From Mantamonas sphyraenae STR306 (lineage: Eukaryota > Protista > CRuMs): a stretch of 64,000 nt of DNA. Both the position numbers and the translations under genes were made by a program. The stretch spans positions 232,628-296,627 of the forward strand of contig JAPMXV010000062.1 in assembly GCA_026936335.1 (NCBI GenBank), written 5' to 3'. Shown here one piece after another: positions 1 through 11,803 of the stretch (positions are counted from its first letter, which is position 1; every line of letters starts with the position of its first letter). Below the pieces are notes generated by a model that made no database searches, had not been told where the DNA came from, and saw only the letters and a list, made by a program, of their open reading frames with translations.

Positions 1-12
1 CATTGATTTCAT

Positions 13-1317
13 TCAGCAGCTGCAGCCGTTGTCTTCCTCGTCGGGCTCATCGTCGTTCTGCGAAAAGTCCACAACGTCGTTGGGCTTCTTCACCGTAGAC
101 ACAGTGTCGCTGATAAACTCTGTACCATCGTCGTGCAGGCGCCTGTCCATGGCAACCATGTAGCGCAGTAGCGTCTTGAGCGCACGCCGCACATCCACGC
201 TGTCCTTGGCCGACACACGCATCCACTCACGAAACGGCGTCATGGGTCGGTCCTCCTCGCTCTCATCGGCCACGCTGCTGCGCATCATGTCGCTCTCGAT
301 GTCTGTCCAGCGAATGTCGTTTGCCGGGTTCAGATCGCACTTGTTTGCCAGAAGCAGGCACGGGATAGGCACGCTCTCCTCGTCCTTGTACTTTTGCAGC
401 GCTTCGTTGGGGTGGACCGCGTCGTTGGCGGTACTTCCCCCTTTGCTGCTGTTGCTTCCGCTGCTGCTGCTACTGGACGCCTCTTTGGCCGCGTCATCGT
501 CCTCAGACTCATCATTCCCCTCTTCGTCTGCACTACCCGTGCTGCTTGCCGTGCTCATCTGCGTCGCTGTGCCCAGGTACACCTGGTCCTGGCGCAGGAG
601 CACCTTTTCGTCAATGTCCGTCTTCCAGCGGAACGCGTTGTCGTACGTCTTGCTCTGTGTAGAGTCAAACACCACCAGTGCTCCACGTGCCTCTGTATAG
701 AATACCTGTGCAGGTGCAGGTGTGGGCCGGGGCCACATGTCAGTCCGGCGTCCAGCCCGTTGACCCTCCACAGGCTCTCTGCCACAAAACCGGCATTCTG
801 TGGGTCGCCGGCGTTCCACTTCCCGCCCAACCTACCCGTGTCATGGCTGCAAACCGCTCTTGTCCTGTGCGAGTGTGTCCAATGGCCATGCATTGATTGT
901 GAGCAAAGTGTGAGTGCTTCCTGTAAACCTCGCAACCCGTGGCGCGGCTCCTTGTCTTGTGAAGAGGGTTCCAGGATGCAAACGGCCCCGGCCCTGCTTT
1001 GCAGCCGCCCTGTGGACATCCGCAACTGTTCACGCACCAGAAATGTCCCACAGATCCACACGGCACAGGGTTTCGTCGTCAAACTTGATCTTGATCACCT
1101 CAAAATCCACCCCAATGGTGGAACGATACTGCATTGAAAACTCGTTGCGGGTCAAGCGTCGGATCAGGGACGTCTTGCCCACACCCACATCGCCCACCAC
1201 AAGCACCTTGTATGCCACTTCTCTCACTTCTGTCTCCATGCTGTCGATGTCGATGGGCTCCCGAAACGAAAACCAACTCCCAGAAAGTGCTGCTCGCATG
1301 GGCGCAGCCCCATCCAT
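13..1317 (-). CDS. Rab32/38/29-family GTPase, paralog 1, with an acidic/Ser insertion
   Basis: Spliced model gives GDVGVGKT, TIGVDF, WDISG|QERFAAMTR|VFYTEARGA, PIPCLLLANKCD, SAK and a C-terminal CSC prenylation motif. Introns ~1037-865 and 835-~706 flank a 29-nt exon (836-864). Start uncertain: in-frame ATGs at 1317, 1299 and 1239. Confidence 0.85.
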
Positions 1318-1405
1318 GCCATCCCAGCCCTTGCTCACCGGCCGCGCGGCCCAGTAACGGTGCCAGCAAGGGGGAAACGGCAAGGGCAGCAGAGTCGGCA
1401 CACAC

Positions 1406-2337
1406 TCAGCTGCACGCGCACTCGTCCTTGCTCTCGTTGCTGGAGGCTGAATTGCCCACCTTTCCAAGCTGCAGGCCCTTGCCTGCATTCGAATTGCCGC
1501 TTTCAAAGTCGGACTGTAGCACCCGCGAGACGAGGAAGCGAAATGCCTCGTCAATGCCGATGTTGGACAGGGCAGACGTCTTGAACCAGCCAAGGTAGCC
1601 CTCCTTGGCGCAGTACTCGTCCATGAAAATTGCGTCCACAATATGGTCGTCCTCACTGAGGTCACATTTGTTGGCCAGCAGCACGACGGGGATGGGCTCG
1701 TCGTTGGGGAGCAGCACCTTATCGTCGAGGTCTCGCTTCCACTTGCGCACCGCGTCGAAGGACTGCTTGGCGGTGATGTCAAACACCAGGGCGCAACCCA
1801 ACCGCTCCGCCGTAATACACGCGTGTCATCATGCCGTACCGCTCCTGACCGGCAATGTCCCATAGCTGGATGCGCACAAGTGTTTCGCTGTTCCATTCCA
1901 GCACCTTCAGCGCAAACGCCACGCCGATAGTCGAATTCGTGTGCCCAAACTTGTTGTGGATGTACCCTGGATGGTCAGCGTGCCAATTTGGTGCGTGGTG
2001 TGAGCAAGTGGACGGGCTGTGAAAGCATGTGAAGGCTCCCCAACAACAAAGAACCTCTGCGCGTGGATTTGACACCACGTACGGTTGATGATGCACGTCT
2101 TGCCTGTGTTCACCTCGCCCACCACAATAAACTTGAGCAGATATTCGAGTTCAGCACTCTGGACCGCCAGGTGGTGCCCTTGTGTCAGAAGGTGCGGCGA
2201 ATGGTGAGATGGAGGCGAGACTGCGGTCCACGACGAGCAATCGGGAAGCGCAGGCGAGTAGCACGTGTGCCAGGGTACGAAAGACAAAAGGCAGAGGTGA
2301 GGGGTGGAAGGAACGCCAAGTGGCAAACACCCACCAT
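1406..2337 (-). CDS. Rab32/38/29-family GTPase, paralog 2 (one +1 frameshift near 1797)
   Basis: ATG(2337)|intron|SAELEYLLKFIVVGEVNTGKT, TIGVAFALKVLEW, WDIAGQERYGMMTRVYY (Rab32-type WDIAGQE), PIPVVLLANKCD, WFKTSA, C-terminal CACS. Removing one T near 1797 restores AVGCALVFD. Confidence 0.85.
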
Positions 2338-2392
2338 GCTGGCTCGGAAGCTTTTGGTTTGCGTTCCCAGGGCGCGGCAACGAAATTGACCC

Positions 2393-5300
2393 ATGTCGAA
2401 CAAAACGGTAAGGGGAGAAGGTGAAAGGATAGCTGTGGCAACGCAGTAGGCATGTACAGAGAGCACGAAGCGTGATAGGATGAAGTGGGGGGCATTCGGC
2501 GTGTTCGTCGTCCATTCTCACACGGGAACGCACGCGTGACGAACGGCAGCCGTTGAAAGAGTTAAGCCGGGAGGATCTGGAGGACAAGGTGAAGAAGCTG
2601 GTGGGCGATAAGAAAAAGCTGATGCAAATGTACCGGGCTGTGGAGAAGGAAATGACGCAGTTTGTGGAGCACGTGCTGCCAAAGGACCAGCTGCCGCAGT
2701 CGATTGCACACGCAAAGGCCGAGTCGATGATCCAGGCGTTTGATACGGCTCAGGAGGCACGCACGGGGAGTAGCGGTGGGGTTTCACAGGGAAGTGGCGA
2801 CAATGGACGCGAGGTCAAAGGTGAGTGGCAGGCACGAAACGATGGGCGGGGTTCGGGAGGGGAGACACGGACCGCTGGCAAGGCAGAAGCTGATGCCGAC
2901 TGACACCACGTGACACGCGCGGCAACTGCGACGTTGACTCATTTGACTGTATTGGGGGGTGGGGGGTGGACTGTGCAGAGCTGCGAGACAAGGTGGAGGC
3001 GCTGGAAATGATGCGAGACACGTTGCAAGCGCAGCAGCGGGCGTTCTTGGAAGAAGAGGATGCCAAGAGCAAGGCGATGGCCGAAAAGATGGCAGCGTTG
3101 GCTGAGGAGAAGGAGGAGGTGGCAGGCATGTTGCAAAAGAAACTGCAGAAGATGACGGAGCGGTGGAACGCAGCGCAACTGGAGCTGAACGAAGCGAAGC
3201 TGCAGCTGCAGCAGTACGAGTCGAGCGGGACAAGCAAGAAGAACGACGGGTTTGCATCGCTGGAAGCAGAGGAGAAGTCCAAGATGATGAACAATCTGGT
3301 GAAGCAGGTGGAAATGGCGAACCAGCAGGCGGAAGAAAGCGAAGAACGACGCAGGAAGCAGGAAAACGAGGTGGAAGAACTGAAGAAGCAACTGAATGCA
3401 GCAGCGAACATGGGCAAAAAGCGCAAAGAGCAGCTGCTTCAGTTCCGGGACTTGCTACTCACAACAGAAAAGGAACGGGACGAGCTGAAGACTCGTGAAC
3501 AGAAACTGAGCCAGACGGAACAGATGCTCAACGAGGCACTGAAGACTATGTCCACAAATGCAGAGAAGGAGAGGGAGGAGGCTGTAGAGAAGGAGAGGGT
3601 CAAGACAAAGAAGCTACAAGGGATCATTTTGAAGATGAAGAAGGACTATCGCAGCATGGAAGCAAGGATGAACAAAGCAGAGGAGGAGCTTGCTGTGCTC
3701 AATGGCGGTGCTGCTGGTGGTGTTGAAGGTTCTCCAAGCACCGAAGCAGATGCAGAGGCTCTTCAAAATGAGATTGCTTCGCTGAAAGCACAATTGAAGG
3801 AAGAGGCGGAGAGGAGAGAGAACGAGAACAAGGAGAAAGCCGCAGAGGAGGCACATCAAGAGGCCGCTGAGCTGAGGACACAAATGACAGCACTAGAAGC
3901 AGAGTTGAAGAAAGCCCAGGCAGCAGCTGGCGAGGGACAACAAGCTCAGGAAGAGCTGGAGCAACAGCTGAAGGTGGCACAGGCAGAGGCAGCACAGGGC
4001 AAGGAGGCACAGAGTACGCTGGGCAAGCAGCTGAAGGATGCACAGGCAGAAACCGCTGGACTGAACAAGAAGGTGGCAGCACTGGAGAAGGAACTGCGTG
4101 AGACTCAAGGTGCTCTGGAGGACGCTCGTGCCAAGGGAGCATCGAGTGCAAGCGAACTTGAACAGCGTGTTGACGAGATGCGTGCTGCTGTGAACAAGGC
4201 TGAGGAGGAGAAGAGCGGCGTTGAGAAGCAGCTGAAGGATGCACAGGCAGAGACTGCTGGACTGAACAAGAATGTGGCAGCACTGGAGAAGGAACTGAAG
4301 AAGGCCCAGGCAGCAGCTGGCGAGGGACAGCAAGCTCAGGAAGAGCTGGCACAGCAGCTGAAGGTGGCTCAGGCAGAGGCAGCACAGGGCAAGGAGGCAC
4401 AGGGAACGCTGGGCAAGCAGCTGAAGGATGCACAGGCAGAGACTGCTGGACTGAACAAGAAGGTGGCAGCTCTGGAGAAGGAACTGAAGAAGGCCCAGGC
4501 AGCAGCTGGTGAGGGACAGCAAGCTCAGGAAGAACTGGCACAGCAGCTGAAGGTGGCACAGGCAGAGGCAGCACAGGGCAAGGAGGCACAGAGTACGCTG
4601 GGCAAGCAGCTGAAGGATGCACAGGCAGAGACCGCTGGACTGAAAAAGAAGGTGGCAGCTCTGGAGAAGGAACTGAAGAAGGCCCAGGCAGCAGCTGGCG
4701 AGGGACAGCAAGCTCAGGAAGAACTGGCACAGCAGCTGAAGGTGGCTCAGGCAGAGGCAGCACAGGGCAAGGAGGCACAGAGTACGCTGGGCAAGCAGCT
4801 GAAGGATGCACAGGCAGAGACCGCAGACTCAAACAAGAAGGTGGCAGCTCTGGAGAAGGAACTGCGTGAGACTCAAGTGCTCTGGAGGACGCTCGTGCCA
4901 AGGGAGCATCGAGTGCAAGCGAACTTGAACAGCGTGTTGACGAGATGCGTGCTGCTGTGAACAAGGCTGAGGAGGAGAAGAGCGGCGTTGAGAAGCAGCT
5001 GAAGGATGCACTGGCAGAGACGCTGGACTGAACAAGAAGGTGGCAGCACTGAGAAGGCAGACTGAAGAATGCCCAGGCAGCAGCTGGCGAGGGACAGCAA
5101 GCTCAGGAAGAGCTGGCACAGCAGCTGAAGGTGGCTCAGGCAGAGGCAGCACAGGGCAAGGAGGCACAGAGTACGCTGGGCAAGCAGCTGAAGGATGCAC
5201 AGGCAGAGACTGCTGGACTGAACAAGAAGGTGGCAGCACTGGAGAAGGAACTGAAGAAGGCCCAGGCAGCAGCTGGCGAGGGACAGCAAGCTCAGGAAGA

Positions 5301-8300
5301 GCTGGAGCAACAGCTGAAGGTGGCACGGGCAGAGGCAGCACAGGGCAAGGAGGCACAGAGTACGCTGGGCAAGCAGCTGAAGGATGCACAGGCAGAGACC
5401 GCAGAGTCAAACAAGAAGGTGGCAGCACTGGAGAAGGAACTGCGTGAGACTCAAGGTGCTCTGGAGGACGCTCGTGCCAAGGGAGCATCGAGTGCAAGCG
5501 AACTTGAACAGCGTGTTGACGAGATGCGTGCTGCTGTGAACAAGGCTGAGGAGGAGAAGAGCGGCGTTGAGAAGCAGCTGAAGGATGCACAGGCAGAAAC
5601 CGCTGGACTGAACAAGAAGGTGGCAGCACTGGAGAAGGAACTGAAGAAGGCCCAGGCAGCAGCTGGCGAGGGACAGCAAGCTCAGGAAGAGCTGGAGCAA
5701 CAGCTGAAGGTGGCACAGGCAGAGGCAGCACAGGGCAAGGAGGCACAGGGAACGCTGGGCAAGCAGCTGAAGGATGCACAGGCAGAGACTGCTGGACTGA
5801 ACAAGAAGGTGGCAGCACTGGAGAAGGAACTGAAGAAGGCCCAGGCAGCAGCTGGCGAGGGACAGCAAGCTCAGGAAGAGCTGGCACAGCAGCTGAAGGT
5901 GGCTCAGGCAGAGGCAGCACAGGGCAAGGAGGCACAGGGAACGCTGGGCAAGCAGCTGAAGGATGCACAGGCAGAGACTGCTGGACTGAACAAGAAGGTG
6001 GCAGCACTGGAGAAGGAACTGAAGAAGGCCCAGGCAGCAGCTGGCGAGGGACAGCAAGCTCAGGAAGAACTGGCACAGCAGCTGAAGGTGGCTCAGGCAG
6101 AGGCAGCACAGGGCAAGGAGGCACAGGGAACGCTGGGCAAGCAGCTGAAGGATGCACAGGCAGAGACTGCTGGACTGAACAAGAAGGTGGCAGCACTGGA
6201 GAAGGAACTGAAGAAGGCCCAGGCAGCAGCTGGCGAGGGACAGCAAGCTCAGGAAGAGCTGGCACAGCAGCTGAAGGTGGCACAGGCAGAGGCAACACAG
6301 GGCAAGGAGGCACAGAGTACGCTGGGCAAGCAGCTGAAGGATGCACAGGCAGAGACCGCAGGACTGAACAAGAAGGTGGCAGCACTGGAGAAGGAACTGC
6401 GCGTGAGACTCAAGGTGCTCTGGAGGACGCTCGTGCCAAGGGAGCATCGAGTGCAAGCGAACTTGAACAGCGTGTTGACGAGATGCGTGCTGCTGTGAAC
6501 AAGGCTGAGGAGGAGAAGAGCGGCGTTGAGAAGCAGCTGAAGGATGCACAGGCAGAGACCGCTGGACTGAACAAGAAGGTGGCAGCACTGGAGGCAGAGT
6601 TGAAAGAATGCCCAGCACAGCAGCAGCTGGCGAGGCAGCACAGCAAGCTCAGGAAGAGCTGGCACAGCAGCTGAAGGTGGCTCAGAAGGCAGAGGCAGCA
6701 CAGGGCAAGGAGGCACAGAGTACGCTGGGCAAGCAGCTGAAGGATGCACAGGCAGAGACCGCAGAGTCAAACAAGAAGGTGGCAGCACTGGAGAAGGAAC
6801 TGAAGAAGGCCCAGGCAGCAGCTGGTGAGGGACAGAAAGCTCAGGAGGAGCTGGAGCAACAGCTGAAGCAACTTCAAGAACAGTCTGCAAACCAGAACAC
6901 CACCGTGGTTGCGTCCCCTGTAGCCGAGGCACATTCAAACACAGAGAGCAAGCTCACAAAGGCCCAAGAAATGCTATCCAATCTGCAAGAGCAGCTGGAA
7001 ACGGCGCAAGGAACTCTGTCAACCACAAGTACCGAGCTTGCACAGGCCAACGACACCGTTCAATGGCAAGCTGAAGAAATTGGCGAACTCAATGAGCAGT
7101 TGAAGCAAGCCAAAGCGAACCTGGCGAAAGCAGAAGAGGGATCCAAGGACATGGCCAGGCGTTTCATCCAGGATCGCAAAGCCATGGAAAGCAAGGTGAA
7201 GGAACTGCAGGAGCAGATCGACAGCCTGGAACAAGCGGGTTCTAAGGACACAGAACCCATCACCCCGCTTCAGGGTGCAGACAGCGAAGATTTGGAAAAG
7301 GCCAAGGAGAAGCTGCAAAAGATGCGTCGCCTGCTGCTCAAGGCCAACAAGCACATCGAAGAACTTCGAGCCGGCCGCGATCAAAGTGCCGCGCGTATCA
7401 AAGAGCTCACGGACATTGTTGCGTCCCTGCAAGAAGCACCGCAAACGTCTGGGGTCAACGCGGAGGAATTGGAAAGCAGGGTTGCCGAGGAGCGCAAAAC
7501 GTACGAAACCAAGCTCCGTTCAGCTTACAAGGGCTTCCAAGAGAAGAAAGGCATGCTGGAACGGGAGGTGGAGGACCTGACGGAGCAGTTGGCCATTGTA
7601 CAAAAGGAGTTTGATGCGTACAAGGGCCGTGCGCGCATGGCCCTGGAGCAGGTCAAGACGCAGAGCAGTGGAACAGAGGGAGATGGGACGCTGAGCAAAG
7701 CAGAGGAGCTGCAGTTGGAACTGAACACTGTGAAGCAGCGCAATCACGACCTTCGCATGCTGAACGAAGAACTTCAGAAGCAAGCAGCGGGATCGGAGGA
7801 GATTGCGGAGCAGCTTATGGAAGCCGAGAGCGTCAACAAGAAACTGAGCAGTGAGCAAGAGCAAGTGCGCAACATCTCAAAACGGCAGGTGATGGAGCTG
7901 AAGAACAGGTGCGAGCTTTTGATGTTGGAGAAGCAGGACATGGAGGCCAATCATGCAGAGGAACTTCAAACGCAGACGCGACAGTGGGAGGACAAGGTCG
8001 AGGAGTTGCAGACGCAGCTTAACACGTACCGAAACCGCGCGAAGCAGATCATCGAGGACAAGGACAAGCTGATTGACGAACTGAAGCGGAACAGCGGCGG
8101 AAGCACACGCACAGGCAGCACTGTGGACACCCTGCGTGTGGAGAATACGCGGAGTGCAGGGAGACGTTCTCTTGACGTGGGACGTGAGGCGGCGCTGCGA
8201 AGCAGGCCAACGCCGACCAGGAGCAGCGACGGCGTGATGGCTGCAAATGGTCATCACCAAGTGGCACAAGAGGATGGAGCAAACGCCGGCGACAGTGAGG

Positions 8301-8749
8301 CCAGCAGCAGCAAGGCCAAGGCCAAAGTGGGCAGCGACAGCGGAACTGCTGCTGCGGGCGAGGAACTGAATAGCATGGACACGGAGGACGAGTTCATGCA
8401 GATGGCCCATCTGCAAGCAGCACGTGACAAGGAATTGGCACAGCACAAGAACCTGATCAAGCGCTTGACGGATATCATTAGGGAGAACGAAGAGGCAGAG
8501 AGGTTGCGGACGCAACAGGAAGCAACGCTGCGAGCAGAGATCGAACGGTTGGAGCGGCTGGTTGCTCGAGAGCAGAACCATGGCGAACATGACCAGCTGG
8601 AGTATCTGAAGAACGTGGTGGTGAAGCTGATGCAGACGAACGACGTGGAGAACCTGCTGCCGGTGTTGTCCACAATCCTGCAATTTTCCAAGGACGAGAT
8701 CGCATCGATCGAAGCAGCACGCAGTAAGAAATGGCTGAGTTGGTCGTGA
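2393..8749 (+). CDS. GRIP-domain golgin, long coiled coil; frameshifts inside the repeat array
   Basis: Exon 1 MSNKT|gtaag spliced to PLKELSREDLEDKVKKL; second intron ~2821-2978; E/K/Q/A-rich coiled coil; C-terminal LEYLKNVVVKLMQTNDVENLLPVLSTILQFSKDE...KKWLSWS is a GRIP domain. ORFs 2966-4960, 5131-6498 and 6608-8749 are consecutive pieces. Confidence 0.88.
3890..6870 (+). repeat. Coding tandem array of 189-bp (63-aa) A units and 201-bp (67-aa) B units
   Basis: A unit ELKKAQAAAGEGQQ...KVAALEK recurs at 189-bp spacing (e.g. 5641 and 5830). B unit ELRETQGALEDARAKG... starts near 4090, 4860, 5437 and 6394. Confidence 0.95.
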
Positions 8750-8809
8750 TTGGAACTTGTGAGTGCGTGTGCGTGTGCAGTGCGTGTTCGAGAGCAAAAC
8801 AAACCAAAG

Positions 8810-9822
8810 ATGTCGTCGTCAAAAGCAAGCGCACGTTGGGGCATCTTGCGCGATTTCATTCGAAAGTCGGCCAAGGATGAGGAAGCACAAGAGTCTGTGT
8901 CTGTGCGCAGGCACGATGGCTTTGGTCTGTTTGAGCGCCACAGCGAACCAGACGACGAGGAGCCCGGGTATGATCAAGTGAGCTTCAGCAGTGCGTTGTT
9001 GGACGACGCGGTGCGAGTACGCGTGAAGCGAGCAAGCTCCGTCTCACTGGCAGATTTTGACTACGGGCGCAAGGTGGATAACACGGGCAACGTGTGCATC
9101 TGGCCGGGCGAGGAGATCCTGGCACACTTCCTCCTTGTCAACGCAGACGTCTACCGGTCCAAGAGGGTACTGGAGCTGGGTGCCGGCATGGCGGGCATTG
9201 CTGGTTTGATGCTTTCAGCCTATGTGGACGTTGATATGGTGATTACGGACGGCAACAGCGTGGCCGTGGAGAGTAAGTGTCAGGGTTTGCCGCGGCAGAA
9301 CGCGGCGCGCTGCTGACCCTACAGCGACTGACACCCGGCACTGACGTGGGTATAGACTTGCGTGTGTGTGTATCTCAGAACGAGTCGCAGTGGAAGGCGG
9401 CTGGAAGTAGTGTCAGCTCGTGTGTGCTGCTTTGGGACCGCAACGAAGCGGTTCCGTTGGCACAACAAGATCTGGACGACGTTGACACTGGGTCGCAACG
9501 CGAGGCCGTGCCGCGCTTCGATTACATTGTGGTGGCAGACTGTCTCTTTTTCAAGGAGTTCCACGCAGACTTGCTGCATGTGCTGAAGCTGTGCCTGGTG
9601 AACTCGAGCGAGGCCCGAGTTCAGATCATTGGCCCAAGACGAGGGACCACCCTCCAGCTGTTTGTGGACACTGTAACCTCGGACGGGAGCTTCACAGCCA
9701 CATTGGAAGAGGATTTTGACGAAGAAATCAGTGCGAAACACAGCAGGTTTGTGGAGGATGACCCCAAGTACGAACCTGATCTGCATCAACCTGTGTTGCT
9801 GACTCTCCAATGGGCTGAATGA
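8810..9822 (+). CDS. CAMKMT: Calmodulin-lysine N-methyltransferase
   Basis: ARWGILR, SVRRHDGFGLF, DNTGNVCIWPGEEILA, VLELGAGMAGIAG, ITDGN, ADCLFF, PRRGTTL; one intron ~9273-9355. Confidence 0.88.
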
Positions 9823-9898
9823 GTGGAAACAATGAACATCAACGACACAGACACAAACGATGAATTCAAACCCCAAAGAACTGCATTGTGGCGCCACT

Positions 9899-11750
9899 TT
9901 ACGTTCGCAGGATGAGAAACTGCGACTGGGCGTTCTCCTTAACAACGACCGTGCGGATGAGGTCGAGCAGCTCTGCACGATGCTTAGCAAGCCATTTCTT
10001 CTTGAGTCCAAACTCCTTGCCGATGGCAGTTGTGAGATCTCGGGGAAGCATGCGGCCGCCGCTCTTGCGCATGACCCAACGGATGTCGTCGGCTGTGGGC
10101 ATGACGCCCTTTTTGCGTGGTCCGTCAACCTTGCGTCGCTTCTTGCGTTGCCTGGCCAATTCGTCGTCTTCGTCGACCAGAGCATCGTCGTCGCCGCTGT
10201 CAACGCCGCTCTGATCGTCGTCTTGCTTGCGTTTGCGCGAGCCTGCACTTGCCCCTGTGAGCATGACCTCGTGCATGGTGTGCGTGTGCTGTGTGTCTTT
10301 TCCCCGAGTGTCCACGTTGAGGTCGCCTGATGCATCGCCGTGGACATTGTCTGTGAGCTTGCGAGCATTCTTCACCATCTTGCGCATCCTGCGTTGTTCC
10401 TCGTCCATATCGTTTTCGTTGGCCTCGTCCATGACATCGCGTAAAGTATCGGGTACGTTGAAGCCTTCCCCGTCCTCGTCGTCATCGTCGTCATTGTCAT
10501 TGTACGGGCTGTCGCGAAGGAATTTGTTATCTTCGGGCTCGTCATCGGAAAGCTGTTCAAACTCCAGGGCGTCCATGTCACCAAACGTGTCTTGGTTGTC
10601 CTCTTCGGGCTTTGCGTCGACGTCGTCGTCATCATAGTCCCACTGGTAGACCACGTTGACCTCCTTCTTGGACGACCCCATGCGCGTTGCACTCTCTCGT
10701 TCCACCTCCTGCATGAGGGTAAGAGATCGATTGATCTCTTCGTTGACGTCGTCTTCTTCAAGGATGTCTCGCTCACGCTTCGGACTGGAGCCTTGGACAG
10801 GCATGGCCGAGACGGCGACCCCCGTACGTCGTCCATAGGCATCGAGAACATTGCCCCTGCCGTCTGTGACGACGCCTTCATCTTGCTCTTTCTTCTCATT
10901 GGCGGAGCGCACGGCAGAGGGCTGTCGCATACCCTTGTCGCTCTTCTGCATCTCGTTGATGAGCCGCTCGGCTTCGTCTGTGTCGATGGCTGTGTACTCG
11001 CGCATGCGGTGCACATCGTACCAGTCTGTGATGGGTCGTGCCTGAAAGGTGGTCTGGTCTTCGCTCATGGCAATGACCATGTACGCGTCGGGCTGGCCTC
11101 CTGTGAACCGTGTGGTGTACCTGTTCCGGCTCTGGTCGTCCTCAATGATCCACGGCTCGCGCTTGATGTCGGTGATGCTGTAGCCCGATTTCGAAATGCG
11201 CTTACGCAACTCAAGCTTGCGCTTGGGATCTGTGGTTTCCTCCAGCTCCTTCTCCCACCGGGCCCGGTTTGTCTCGAGCAGATCGCGGTTGGACTGCACA
11301 GCACGTCCCGAGCGGCCATTGGGACGCAGATGCCATTCTGTGTCAGCATAGAACCACACGGTTGGGACAGTGTTGCAATGTTGAGGAGTGTGGCGATGGG
11401 CACTGCGCTGTGGTATGTCCGTGGCAGGCATGGTGGACGCGAGAAACAACGAGAGGGGAGGACCGGGCGCGGAGAGCGAACGAAGGACGGAAACGTACAA
11501 GGTTGATGCTCTTTTTGTAGCAGTGGACCGGCTGAGGCATGCGTGCAAAGGAGATGTCGTCCTTGGCAGAGGCGGTCGGAAAGCGAAGGACATAGTAATG
11601 GTCTCGGACGGTGATTTCAGTGTTGCCGATGAACTTTGTGTCCACGCGGCCACCCATGATCAGAGGATACTCCTTGGTGGTTGTTTCTGCTTGACGACTA
11701 CTGCTCGGGTTGCTTCCGAATCCCTGGGACGATGGATTCGACGAGGACAT
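9899..11750 (-). CDS. GTF2F1: Transcription initiation factor IIF alpha subunit (RAP74/Tfg1)-like
   Basis: PWIIEDD...FQARPITDWY...YTAIDTDEAE resembles the RAP74 N-terminal domain; acidic linker; basic NLS; C-terminal winged-helix-like segment; intron around 11498-11370. Confidence 0.75.
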
Positions 11751-11803
11751 GGTGTGTCGCGTTGGTTCGGCCAACGCTTCTTGCAGACGGGCCTTTTTCG
11801 AAC

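Noticed and set aside
3699-6938. Long antisense ORFs over the golgin repeat (421, 518, 403 aa)
   Set aside because: Stop-free reverse frames of a tandem repeat with low-complexity translations.
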